From a virus (lineage: Duplodnaviria > Caudoviricetes), in the IMG/VR virus record IMGVR_UViG_3300033407_000066, positions 1 to 37,688 of that record: 37,688 nt of DNA, one strand, 5' to 3'. A program made the position numbers and the translations under genes. Shown here piece after piece: positions 26,052-35,206 of the stretch. Position 1 is the first letter of the stretch; every line of letters starts with the position of its first letter. The notes beneath the pieces were generated by a model. That model had not been told where the DNA came from, did no database searches, and saw only the letters and a list, made by a program, of their open reading frames with translations.

Positions 26052-26960
26052 TTATAAACCGCCGCCTAGTTGGAAAATGTTGATCTCACTGGGTCGTGTT
26101 GGATCAATCAAAATCCTGAATGTAATACCCACAGTTTGAGCATTTTCACCCGACTTTGTAATACTATCGAGCTTCGGATACGCACGCCAAAATGTAATAT
26201 CATTTGACGTGTCTGTGTCAGCGAGTCGAATGGGATGTAAAATCAAACGATCGGTTTGATTAGAGATGTTCGTGAATTGTTTAGAATCACCCCATCCACT
26301 CCCAACCGTCGCCCCTTGAGTAGTCACTGATAATGTAAACCCGGTTGCAGTAGCCGTTGCACTATCTGCTACGTCATCCGCTCCGCCTACAGCTGCGTTA
26401 GTAATTGTTACAACAGCACCCGATGCCGCCGCTCCGAAATCAGCAATAGCATCCACAGCCGATGCCACCGCCGTAGCTACAGTGGATGCAGTCGCATCTT
26501 CTGCGAACGTCACTTCAACCCCTGTGCGTCCTGAAATAGCTGGGTCAGTCCCAGCCGCTCCGACGTTCATCCAAACATAATATTTTGTCGCATTGTTAGC
26601 TGCGTTCAAATAAAAGTATTTATCATTCAGCGAACTAGTATCATCGGCAACACAAGTCACAGAAGAAACCTCGGCCAAACCCGTTGCTAAAGTACCACCA
26701 GAAAACTCTAATAGACGGTTCAATTCCGTTTTTGTAGTTTGAAGTGCTGAAACACTCAGTTCAACGTTTTTACCGTTTCTAATAGCGTCTTGTAACTGTT
26801 GACCCCCCTGGTGGGTGAATATATCAACCAACTGGTCATCAACTGTGACCTCAATGTCACCCTCTGTGTGACCTAAGTTGAATTGATTTTCCATTTGACC
26901 AAAAAATAATTCAACGGGTTCAATCCTAATATTGCCTTCGTTTAATGTTAAATCTGCCAT
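26052..26960 (-). CDS. Major tail (tube) protein with inserted domain
   Basis: LGHTEGDIEV and LILHP...ITFWRAY tube-like motifs flanking an Ala/Thr-rich insert. Confidence 0.8.
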   Translation of the reverse strand: MADLTLNEGNIRIEPVELFFGQMENQFNLGHTEGDIEVTVDDQLVDIFTHQGGQQLQDAIRNGKNVELSVSALQTTKTELNRLLEFSGGTLATGLAEVSSVTCVADDTSSLNDKYFYLNAANNATKYYVWMNVGAAGTDPAISGRTGVEVTFAEDATASTVATAVASAVDAIADFGAAASGAVVTITNAAVGGADDVADSATATATGFTLSVTTQGATVGSGWGDSKQFTNISNQTDRLILHPIRLADTDTSNDITFWRAYPKLDSITKSGENAQTVGITFRILIDPTRPSEINIFQLGGGL

Positions 26961-26969
26961 TTGGTTTCC

Positions 26970-27425
26970 TTATCCCCCAGTTCTTCCGGTTGATTTTACA
27001 ATGATTGCCGTAAATTCTAATATTAGTCTAACGGCATTATCATTGCTATCTGCTATTGTTTCAATATCCATTATATCAAACTCAATATTTTTAATTCCAG
27101 TCCCTAACCTATTCTCAGCCGCTATGAAGTCATTGACGACCAAATCCGCTGATTCTATAACATCATCCCGCTTAACACCTGTATCCCTGTTCAAATGAAA
27201 AGGAAGTCTCAACCTAAATGGACATGTTATTTCTATACTAGAATGATCCGATGTTCTAGGGACGGATGGTAAATATTCACAGTGGTACATGGTGTCAAAA
27301 TCAGTGGACGGGATATTATCAAAATTGAATGCGTCGGGATGTTCTTCGTATCCTAAGCTTTGCATTCTTTCTCTGACATATTGCAAGACACCTGAAAAAC
27401 TACTCATCGTCTGAGTACCACACAA
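26970..27425 (-). CDS. Tail terminator/completion-like protein
   Basis: Size and position just upstream of the major tail gene. Confidence 0.55.
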   Translation of the reverse strand: MCGTQTMSSFSGVLQYVRERMQSLGYEEHPDAFNFDNIPSTDFDTMYHCEYLPSVPRTSDHSSIEITCPFRLRLPFHLNRDTGVKRDDVIESADLVVNDFIAAENRLGTGIKNIEFDIMDIETIADSNDNAVRLILEFTAIIVKSTGRTGG

Positions 27426-28459
27426 CTGCTAATATCAACCTGCTCCTGTAGAGATACGTCCCCGTCACGGTCTATATCAAGTCTCAGTACAGCCCGTTCT
27501 TTAAAGAAGTATTCTTTCTTCTCATAAGATTTAGATTTTCTAAAAAACACGTCGTCAATTGCATTAGAAAGTCCCTCATAGATCAATCTCAATGTGACAA
27601 ATTTAGACCATTGTAGAAACTCATCGGGAACTACAGCCGCTGCCTTAGTAAACTTTTTATTATAGGCGTCTACTAAACCCTCTTTGTCCATATACGCAAA
27701 TATTTGTGTTTGGGCTAACCTATGTTGATCTTTGAAACTACTCCGACCAGTCCTGATATAATCTAATATCTGTGGCTCATGATCTTGCAACATAGCGTCG
27801 TCTGAAAATAAAGCGTCTGACAATTCAGAAATAATTTGAATGGTTTTTGTGACGGTTTGGGTTGTAGCCCCATCGTCAACTAATAGAGATACTTTTTTAT
27901 TCACAGTCTCAATGACAAGTCCTGTATACGTAGCCGCTCCTGTAAAGTCTGTGAAATCTGTTGGATCAATCGTCACATCCGCTAAATCTTCTGTATACCC
28001 ACTAAAACCAATCTCAGTGAGTAAAGACGCCGATGATGTTCCCGTCTTAGATAATATTGAAAAAGTACCCGTAGCAGAAATGGTTATCTTATTTTCGGTA
28101 CTCACAGAAACCGTGTACGTCAACGCACCCGCTGAATCTAAAGCGGTTTTAATAGCCGAGGCCAAACCAGATAACGTATGTTGACCATCGGCGACGGTCG
28201 CCGTTAACTCCCCCGCACCTTCACTAAAATTGATCTCATTATTAGTAGAATCTACATCGATCAAAAATCCATATTGGTAGTCAATGAACCAATTTTTAGA
28301 CAACGTAGCAGTGACCACTATAGGCGTGGCACCCTTGTATGGAGTCACTTGGATGGATGTAATCGGGTCACCGTTTGAAACGTAGCTCTTTACTCCTGAC
28401 AATCGCGTCTTGTCATTTTCTTGAACTAAGTTTTCAGTTTCTAATACTGGAAATAACAT
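27404..28459 (-). CDS. Head-tail adaptor-like protein with extra domains
   Basis: Helical C-terminal adaptor-like region ending DIDRDGDV; position. Confidence 0.55.
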   Translation of the reverse strand: MLFPVLETENLVQENDKTRLSGVKSYVSNGDPITSIQVTPYKGATPIVVTATLSKNWFIDYQYGFLIDVDSTNNEINFSEGAGELTATVADGQHTLSGLASAIKTALDSAGALTYTVSVSTENKITISATGTFSILSKTGTSSASLLTEIGFSGYTEDLADVTIDPTDFTDFTGAATYTGLVIETVNKKVSLLVDDGATTQTVTKTIQIISELSDALFSDDAMLQDHEPQILDYIRTGRSSFKDQHRLAQTQIFAYMDKEGLVDAYNKKFTKAAAVVPDEFLQWSKFVTLRLIYEGLSNAIDDVFFRKSKSYEKKEYFFKERAVLRLDIDRDGDVSLQEQVDISSCVVLRR

Positions 28460-28560
28460 TACTTAATCCTTTTCAATTCTCTTAAAATTGCAATGAGTAA
28501 AAGCTCCACTTTCGATTCAAAGCTGTCGTTTCGGTCAAAACTCCATTGATTCAATAACAT
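28459..28560 (-). CDS. 33-aa small protein (not in ORF track)
   Basis: MLLNQWSFDRNDSFESKVELLLIAILRELKRIK; GAGGTG RBS; TAATG overlap with next gene. Confidence 0.6.
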   Translation of the reverse strand: MLLNQWSFDRNDSFESKVELLLIAILRELKRIK

Positions 28561-28568
28561 TTATCACC

Positions 28569-29021
28569 TCAGACCCCTGAATTATTCAAATTATATCCCT
28601 TGAAATTAACCCAACCCGTCGCGTCCTCAGCTAAATCATCCGTCTCCAAATTTGTGTAAACGATTCTGAAATAAAGACCATCGACTAAGATTGACGTTGC
28701 AATATCAAGGTCCATAACATGGACAGTCTTATCTGCTATGTGGCGATTCACTGCAAACTGCCCCAATGGTATCGGTCCTTGTCCTAATATATTATCTACA
28801 TCAAATAAATAACCATTAAAGTAACTACTGTACTTGTGGTCTTGAACCCAAAACTCGGCTCCCGTTAAAGCAAACTTAACAGGGATTGGTATATCAATAA
28901 CGGTCGATGTATTCTTTGTCGCTGTGAAGCTTTGTCCAAAAATATAATTCGGTGCTCTCAACCGAATGAGATCCGGCTTTGAAATCGTATTGATAAAACT
29001 CATTCTGGGTTTGCCTCCCAA
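28569..29021 (-). CDS. Hypothetical virion-associated protein
   Basis: ORF in structural operon; likely start ATG 29003. Confidence 0.7.
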   Translation of the reverse strand: MGGKPRMSFINTISKPDLIRLRAPNYIFGQSFTATKNTSTVIDIPIPVKFALTGAEFWVQDHKYSSYFNGYLFDVDNILGQGPIPLGQFAVNRHIADKTVHVMDLDIATSILVDGLYFRIVYTNLETDDLAEDATGWVNFKGYNLNNSGV

Positions 29022-29251
29022 GTCGGTCCGGACACAACATTAAGGATTTCATCTTGATTATAAAGCTCATAGCTTTGAAGAGCCTCTGGGATGGGTAATT
29101 TCACCTTAATGATAACAAGAGACCCATCCAAAGATTTTCTTATTGAATCAGTCGTCACATTAAATCCAAACTTTGACCAGTTAATCAGTTCTTTTCGAAG
29201 CTGACGTGCGTTTTCTATGATGTAAACTGTTCCTGTTAGAAATCTAGTCAT
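29000..29251 (-). CDS. Hypothetical protein
   Basis: IRKSLDG motif; ATGA-coupled to the LamG gene. Confidence 0.7.
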   Translation of the reverse strand: MTRFLTGTVYIIENARQLRKELINWSKFGFNVTTDSIRKSLDGSLVIIKVKLPIPEALQSYELYNQDEILNVVSGPTWEANPE

Positions 29252-30252
29252 GGAACATCTCCTGTGTCATAGTCGCCGACTTCCATATTCACTAACGTAC
29301 CATCGACCAATCCTACTTGATCTACTTCAGTAGGAAAGTTTGAATCAAATGCGAATGGCCAATAAGATAAAAGATTAGCCGCAGCGGTATGATTTGCGGG
29401 ATCAATAGCCGATCCAAGATTATAAAGCTCTGTGACCTCAAGTTGTGTCAACGCCTTGTCCCAAACCGTCACTTGATTCAGGTTCCCAGAAAAATAAAAA
29501 GTAGTACCCCGAGACCCCACCACTAGATCATCCGGTACGGTCCATGCCGACACATTTCCGGCTGCAGTCGCATTTTCTGCTACTCCGTCAATATATGCGA
29601 CTAACCCACTCATATTTGATGACCCGTTATAAGTGAAACAGATATGATACCAAACACCCGCAGTCATAACAGTATTGTAGGTTCTATTATATAATGCTCC
29701 CGGAGCCCTAAATTGAACGAACAGTTTCCCGGCGCTTGTATGTTGAAACGAATACCCACTAACGCTCGCGTCGTTCGTTGTTTTAGATACCATACATCGA
29801 TTAGCAGAAAAGTTTTGAGCTTTCATCCAAAACGACCACGTGAATGCTGTCGCCGGGCCGAACGTATAATTGTCTCCAAATGTGACGTGTTCATCCACAC
29901 CGTCAAATAATAAACTAGCTGGATTATCAAAGTCTGCCGCTGGAAATAAACTCAACCGATCGTCCCAAACATGAACGAATCCAGAATGAGGACTTCCATC
30001 TTTTTGAGCGAACGTTTTATGAGTGTTCCCCCCAGTTTCTATGACTCTCCAAATCTGCCAAACTGGATCACTCGTAGCCGACCCTAAAATAATAGCTCGA
30101 CCATAAATTGTATTTTGTGAATTGATTCTATCTGTTCGTTCTTCTAAATTTTCAATTAATCTAGTTCTTAGAAGTGTCTCAGATTTTTGACCCGGAACCA
30201 TCTCCTCGGCTGATTTTCTGAGAGCTTCAAGCCCGTGGTCGTCTATAGACAA
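29248..30252 (-). CDS. LamG/concanavalin-A-like domain virion protein
   Basis: SLLFDGVDE, FTWSFWMK, WYHICFTY, FSGNLNQVTVWDKALT...LY. Confidence 0.9.
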   Translation of the reverse strand: MSIDDHGLEALRKSAEEMVPGQKSETLLRTRLIENLEERTDRINSQNTIYGRAIILGSATSDPVWQIWRVIETGGNTHKTFAQKDGSPHSGFVHVWDDRLSLFPAADFDNPASLLFDGVDEHVTFGDNYTFGPATAFTWSFWMKAQNFSANRCMVSKTTNDASVSGYSFQHTSAGKLFVQFRAPGALYNRTYNTVMTAGVWYHICFTYNGSSNMSGLVAYIDGVAENATAAGNVSAWTVPDDLVVGSRGTTFYFSGNLNQVTVWDKALTQLEVTELYNLGSAIDPANHTAAANLLSYWPFAFDSNFPTEVDQVGLVDGTLVNMEVGDYDTGDVP

Positions 30253-30280
30253 ATCTGAACCCCCCTAGGGTCACACAATA

Positions 30281-30526
30281 TTAAAGGCTATCTAAATCTA
30301 TATCAACAGGTGGGGGGGATGTCACTCTATCGTCAGGGACGTACATGATCTCCCAAACATCGTCGGTTTTATCAGCACCCCAAATGGTCACTCGGAAACC
30401 TAACGATTCAAACCAGGACGCGATTGCTTGTCTGTCTTTACCCCTCACCCACCTGACACGGGTAAACATCGGGCCTGATTTTTTTACTGTCATATTTTTT
30501 AATATGATGACGGCCCAGGTAGGCAC
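30281..30526 (-). CDS. Hypothetical protein
   Basis: ORF co-oriented in structural operon; start uncertain. Confidence 0.55.
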   Translation of the reverse strand: MPTWAVIILKNMTVKKSGPMFTRVRWVRGKDRQAIASWFESLGFRVTIWGADKTDDVWEIMYVPDDRVTSPPPVDIDLDSL

Positions 30527-30591
30527 ACCCAGACCGTCATCTTTACAGGAGTTTTAAGTATGGAAACTTAACACTCGTATTTTAGTACAGG

Positions 30592-30996
30592 TTACACCGC
30601 GTATACAACACGGAATTTAATTTTCCCTGCGGTTGCAGCCGCTACAGCAATACTGACTGAAAAAGCACCTGTGGCGGCAGTTAAAACCTTACTAGGTAGC
30701 AATGCTCCACTATCGGCTTTTCCATCAAAAACGGTATTGAGAGTCAGAGACGCAACAGCTATAGCGGTCCCACTATAACCATCAACGTCATTGCCCGTGC
30801 CATCACCCCATGACATAGTCAATGACCCAGCGGAAGTCACAGCCGTCACAACCTCGGCATAAACTTCCATGACAACCGCACCCACTGGAAGGGGGGCTTT
30901 ACCGGCCTTCGCTGCCAAATCGATGTCACCTGTGGCACCACCGTCTACAGCAAAGTCGTATTCGTATTCTTGATAAAGTAGTTCGTTTGAAAACAT
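30592..30996 (-). CDS. Head decoration/cement-like protein
   Basis: Follows the capsid gene; YDFAVDGG, LPVGAVV, AGKIKFRVVY beta-rich pattern. Confidence 0.65.
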   Translation of the reverse strand: MFSNELLYQEYEYDFAVDGGATGDIDLAAKAGKAPLPVGAVVMEVYAEVVTAVTSAGSLTMSWGDGTGNDVDGYSGTAIAVASLTLNTVFDGKADSGALLPSKVLTAATGAFSVSIAVAAATAGKIKFRVVYAV

Positions 30997-31015
30997 TTTA
31001 TAATGTCCTTTCTAA

Positions 31016-31849
31016 TTAGCTCAACGTTACAACGCGACTGTTGTCCAACTGTTTTAGTCCAAACAATGTATCAACGTTAACTCGCGTAGCGCGTTTCCCG
31101 TCTCCGCCTAGGTCGTATTGACGTACTCCCATTCCCTCTTGAACCGCTAAGGTCAAATAAGAGCTATGGAATAGATAAGACACCGCTGCCACTTCTGTTG
31201 TCATGCGGGGTTGGAAACCGAGCAGTGCCGATGGAATTTGTCCAGTTTGAATAGGTGCGCCACTCAGCAAGAAATCCGAAGACGTAAAGCCCGTGACATT
31301 AAAAACATCATTCATTTGCGGACTATCCAAGACAGCATAACGATCGGTCTCGGGAACGTTACCAGAATCTAGTAGCTCCTTAGCTTCCAAAAGATCGGCT
31401 AAAACCAGGGTGGTTCCAGAATCATAGGAAATGGCATTAGCACTAACAGGTACGGATGCCGCGATAATTTCACTCTGAATCTTTTTCATCAAAGCGAAAA
31501 TGGCCATGTCTTGGAGTTTATCCATCATAGGCAATGACTGAAGAATCGCTCGACGAGTCACAATGAAATCTTTTACTGCTCGCTTGTTAATCACCAATTG
31601 CTGACCAGTGATTGTCACTGCCTCAGAATCAGCCCGGCCGTCCTCTGCTAGAATTTCAGCATCGTCAAATTGTGGAATGCTAGAAATATTAACAGTATCA
31701 CCTAGATCTTGAATCTCACCCTCGTAGTCTTTAGAAATTAAAGATTCAAAAGGTAGTGACTCCAAAAGAACATCATAGAAGTTTGCAGACCACTTCTCAG
31801 GTACAATTGCAGATGTTTCAACACCTGCTCGCATTACTTGATCAGCCAT
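31016..31849 (-). CDS. Major capsid protein (P22 coat-like)
   Basis: IVPEKWS...KDYEGEI...GDTVNI, LDSGNVPETDRY, DTLFGLKQL. Confidence 0.92.
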   Translation of the reverse strand: MADQVMRAGVETSAIVPEKWSANFYDVLLESLPFESLISKDYEGEIQDLGDTVNISSIPQFDDAEILAEDGRADSEAVTITGQQLVINKRAVKDFIVTRRAILQSLPMMDKLQDMAIFALMKKIQSEIIAASVPVSANAISYDSGTTLVLADLLEAKELLDSGNVPETDRYAVLDSPQMNDVFNVTGFTSSDFLLSGAPIQTGQIPSALLGFQPRMTTEVAAVSYLFHSSYLTLAVQEGMGVRQYDLGGDGKRATRVNVDTLFGLKQLDNSRVVTLS

Positions 31850-31852
31850 GGG

Positions 31853-32500
31853 TTATCCCCCTCGTTGTTTGTTATAAATTGAAAATGCCTCGCGATATTT
31901 TAACATATCGCCCGACTTTTTTCCTTCTCGTTCCAATTTCTGCAACGTCTGCCAGGTAACAGGTCCTTCCTGTGCCCCGACGCCTACAGTGGTCGTATTC
32001 ACGTTGGGGGATCGTTGATCAGAAAACCAATATGGGCGGGTCCGCTTTAACTCTTGGACAGCCGTATCCGCACCTAAAACATTTATTCGACCCGTACTTG
32101 TAGTTTCAATTTGTAACTCATTGAGTGACAATAATGATAAATCATCAAGTGCTTCTGGTCGTAGTCCTAATTTTAGCGCAGATTCTTTCATCGCGCTGAA
32201 TTTCTTTTCACTTAAATAAGATTCTTGCGTCTTAATTGAAACACCTTCAGCTAATGTCCTAGCCTCTTTTTCACGCTCATACAGTGTTTTCCAATTTTCC
32301 TTTTCCTTCAATTCATTCTCTTGAGCGGCTGCAAGTTTGTCTTGAAGATCTTTTACTTGTGATTTATATTTATGCAAATCACCGATTGCATGGTCTAAAC
32401 GATCTTTTTCAACCATTTCATGCTTTTTTTCAGGAATTTCAGTCTCATTTACATTATTTTCTGTGTTTACAGTCGTTTCAACAGTTTCAACAGTCGTCAT
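31853..32500 (-). CDS. Capsid scaffolding protein
   Basis: Coiled-coil, LKRTRPYWF motif, upstream of capsid gene; start reassigned to ATG 32500 after GGGGG RBS. Confidence 0.85.
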   Translation of the reverse strand: MTTVETVETTVNTENNVNETEIPEKKHEMVEKDRLDHAIGDLHKYKSQVKDLQDKLAAAQENELKEKENWKTLYEREKEARTLAEGVSIKTQESYLSEKKFSAMKESALKLGLRPEALDDLSLLSLNELQIETTSTGRINVLGADTAVQELKRTRPYWFSDQRSPNVNTTTVGVGAQEGPVTWQTLQKLEREGKKSGDMLKYREAFSIYNKQRGG

Positions 32501-32513
32501 TTTTTTATCCCCC

Positions 32514-32549
32514 TTGAGCACCGCTCAATATGGTTTGGAGCACCGCTCC
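32514..32549 (-). promoter_or_regulatory. Twin hairpins abutting the scaffold RBS
   Basis: Sense strand GGAGC-GGT-GCTCC and TTGAGC-GGT-GCTCAA. Confidence 0.65.
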
Positions 32550-32573
32550 GATTTGTTAAAAAACTAAAATAGA

Positions 32574-33080
32574 TTATTTATTAGTTTTGTCAATTATAGA
32601 TTTCCATTGCTTATTATATAAACTTCTAATTCGACGCATGATCAAAACTAGGAATTCTTCTCCGGGTTCATTTGGAATGAATTTACGTTGGGGGATATCG
32701 GATCTCTCACCGCTGTTATGAACCCTAGCTCGCACTCTAATTTCAGTCGATGCGGTGTCATCAATTCCTACCTTAAGACTTCCTTGCCTTTTACCTACCG
32801 TGTGAACTAGTTCATTTAACATGTCACCTGATAAAAATAGATTCACGGGTCTATTTTTTTTACCCTCTATTCCTTCTGGGTATCCTTTGCCTAAACGTTG
32901 CTTGGCATATCCTTTGAAACGTCCAAACTTTCTAACCGGTGATTGACCACGAGAGATGGCTTTTTTAATCTCTTTTATAATCTCTTCACCTAGTCTGTTA
33001 GTAAACTGACGAGGGAATGCCTTTTTATTTTTCAAAGCATCCAAGATATCAAACTTGGTGGTAACTTTAACCTTCGCCAT
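32574..33080 (-). CDS. Phage virion morphogenesis family protein, paralog 2
   Basis: VNLFLSGDML, ARVHNSG...IPQRKFIP. Confidence 0.8.
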   Translation of the reverse strand: MAKVKVTTKFDILDALKNKKAFPRQFTNRLGEEIIKEIKKAISRGQSPVRKFGRFKGYAKQRLGKGYPEGIEGKKNRPVNLFLSGDMLNELVHTVGKRQGSLKVGIDDTASTEIRVRARVHNSGERSDIPQRKFIPNEPGEEFLVLIMRRIRSLYNKQWKSIIDKTNK

Positions 33081-33567
33081 TCAATCTCTCCGCGATGATC
33101 TTCTGTATCTCTGACTCAATATCTCGTTTGAAATTTTGACCATCCCCAGGCAAAAATCTACGTCTCGGAGTGAGATTTTCTGAACCACTAAATTTTAAAT
33201 GCCCATCGGCCTTCCATGCCTGCTTATTAAAAAATCCTATTTCTATCCCATCCACTGTATTTTTGAATTTCAACGCGTCGAGCATATCACCTTTTAATTC
33301 CATATCAGGGACACTAGAACCACCTTCAGATACTTTTTTATTTTTATACTTTTTTGATAAAGTTTTTTTGTATCCCTCTCCTGACACAGGAGTTTGTTGG
33401 TTTGATAACCGTTCCAATATTGTATCAATTAGAAAATCACCCACGTCCTCTTTTATTTGTCTCTTTACTGACCTAGACGCTTTGACTTCACTCATAAAAT
33501 CTAGTGTGGTTGTAGTCCTAGTTTTACTGCCAAACGAGGTAGCAATGATATCAACTTTCTTTGTCAT
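33067..33567 (-). CDS. Phage virion morphogenesis family protein, paralog 1
   Basis: PDMELKGDMLDAL, KADGH...PRRRFLP. Confidence 0.8.
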   Translation of the reverse strand: MTKKVDIIATSFGSKTRTTTTLDFMSEVKASRSVKRQIKEDVGDFLIDTILERLSNQQTPVSGEGYKKTLSKKYKNKKVSEGGSSVPDMELKGDMLDALKFKNTVDGIEIGFFNKQAWKADGHLKFSGSENLTPRRRFLPGDGQNFKRDIESEIQKIIAERLNGEG

Positions 33568-35203
33568 CCTCTAAATCCTCCGTATTCTCTTCGGATTCAA
33601 CCTCATCATCATTAATAACTTTGTTTGATTGAATGACAGTTTGCATTTTCATTAGCCGATTTATTTTTTCATCATTCAGTCTCATTAGCTTTTCGATTGC
33701 CTGCTTTTCTGTCATCGAAGGGTTGTCACGTTGCAATAGTTCCACTTCTGTATTGATACCCATCTCACGACGCATCTTGATAATATCAAGCTCTTCTTTT
33801 TCACTGACAATCGGTTTAGCGGACGGGTATGTCACTACTAGTTGGTCAAAACTTTTAGGCATCTTTATTCTAGCTTGATCATCAACCAGTAACTCTTTAG
33901 ATCGAAACAATTCATCCCAACGTCTACAACGTTCAAAAACCTCTGGTTCAGCTTCAGAAAATAATATTTCATCCTCTTCAATTTCACCCACTAATTCAGA
34001 CATATCCAATAGCATTCTAATGCCTGACTCAGCGGACCCGGCACCTGATAAATCAGTTTGAATTCCCTTAGTGGATAAATTATTAGTAGATAACAAAAGA
34101 CCGACTTGCATTGTTGCTAGGTTCATCAACTCGCTAATCGGCGGGTTAGCAGAAATAAATGAAGCCTCTGCGTTAGATGTTTCACCTTCAGGTTTTTCTA
34201 AATTGATAGCGTGGTTCGGACCCACCTTCACTGATTTAGGAATGTTAGGACCTGAAATGACTAACTGACCATATCCTTGAGTAATAGCTACATGGTTCAC
34301 ATGTGTAATGAGAGCGTTGATTTTAATCGATTGATCAGTAATATCATCGGCACCTAATGCCCAAAACTGACCGTCTTGTTCGTCCGCTATATTGACCATC
34401 GGCAACAGTTTGATCGGATTTTCTATTTCTGAACCAGAAACAATTTGACCCGTCCCGTCAGTAGTAAAATGAAAGTTTTTAGACCACCATATGAAACGTT
34501 TAGACTTCCCATCTAGATCTCGCCCAACATCCCTAGGGTCATCGGCAATCACAGAATGTTGACCATTCCCACCTCTCACAATACCCGATGTATTTGAAGT
34601 CCTGCCCTCAACAGCTGGGTTAGGTGAGTAATGAGTAACTTGAGTGGGGGAAAAATCAGAGAGAATAACGACCATAGGTTCCTCTCTGTTTTCTGGATTT
34701 TCTATGACGTCATAGTTGTAGGGGAAAAGAGGCATGACATCATATCTAAATTTTTCAACGGTTGAATCTAAACGAATCCTAACTGGTTTAACGTATAACA
34801 TCGTATTCATGGCCGACTTCAAATACGTATTCGCCTTTTTCATTTTAGAATTGAGTTTGATGCTTTTACTGATCTCTTCTACCGCTGAGGTTTCGGCTTT
34901 TTTAGGCATCATTCTTTTGACACCATTAGAATAAACTTTCGCCAATTTTTTAACTATTTTTCTGCCAATGGAATAGTTACAAATAGCGTATTCCATTTCA
35001 TCCACAGTGATCGGATCGAATTGTCTGAAAAGTAAAGATCTGACATGAATATCGGATTGATCTTTTAAGATCTCCCAACGCTTGAACATTTCATTTTTAC
35101 GTAGGACGTTATCCCCATCCTTGATAGCTTGCATGACCGATGCGCGGACACCTGGGTCCAAGATCTGTTCTTCTGTCTCGATGGTCATATTTTTATTTGG
35201 CAT
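33551..35203 (-). CDS. Portal protein
   Basis: 550 aa directly after terL; ESGIRM motif, acidic C-terminus. Confidence 0.88.
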   Translation of the reverse strand: MPNKNMTIETEEQILDPGVRASVMQAIKDGDNVLRKNEMFKRWEILKDQSDIHVRSLLFRQFDPITVDEMEYAICNYSIGRKIVKKLAKVYSNGVKRMMPKKAETSAVEEISKSIKLNSKMKKANTYLKSAMNTMLYVKPVRIRLDSTVEKFRYDVMPLFPYNYDVIENPENREEPMVVILSDFSPTQVTHYSPNPAVEGRTSNTSGIVRGGNGQHSVIADDPRDVGRDLDGKSKRFIWWSKNFHFTTDGTGQIVSGSEIENPIKLLPMVNIADEQDGQFWALGADDITDQSIKINALITHVNHVAITQGYGQLVISGPNIPKSVKVGPNHAINLEKPEGETSNAEASFISANPPISELMNLATMQVGLLLSTNNLSTKGIQTDLSGAGSAESGIRMLLDMSELVGEIEEDEILFSEAEPEVFERCRRWDELFRSKELLVDDQARIKMPKSFDQLVVTYPSAKPIVSEKEELDIIKMRREMGINTEVELLQRDNPSMTEKQAIEKLMRLNDEKINRLMKMQTVIQSNKVINDDEVESEENTEDLEDDKES

Positions 35204-35206
35204 TAT

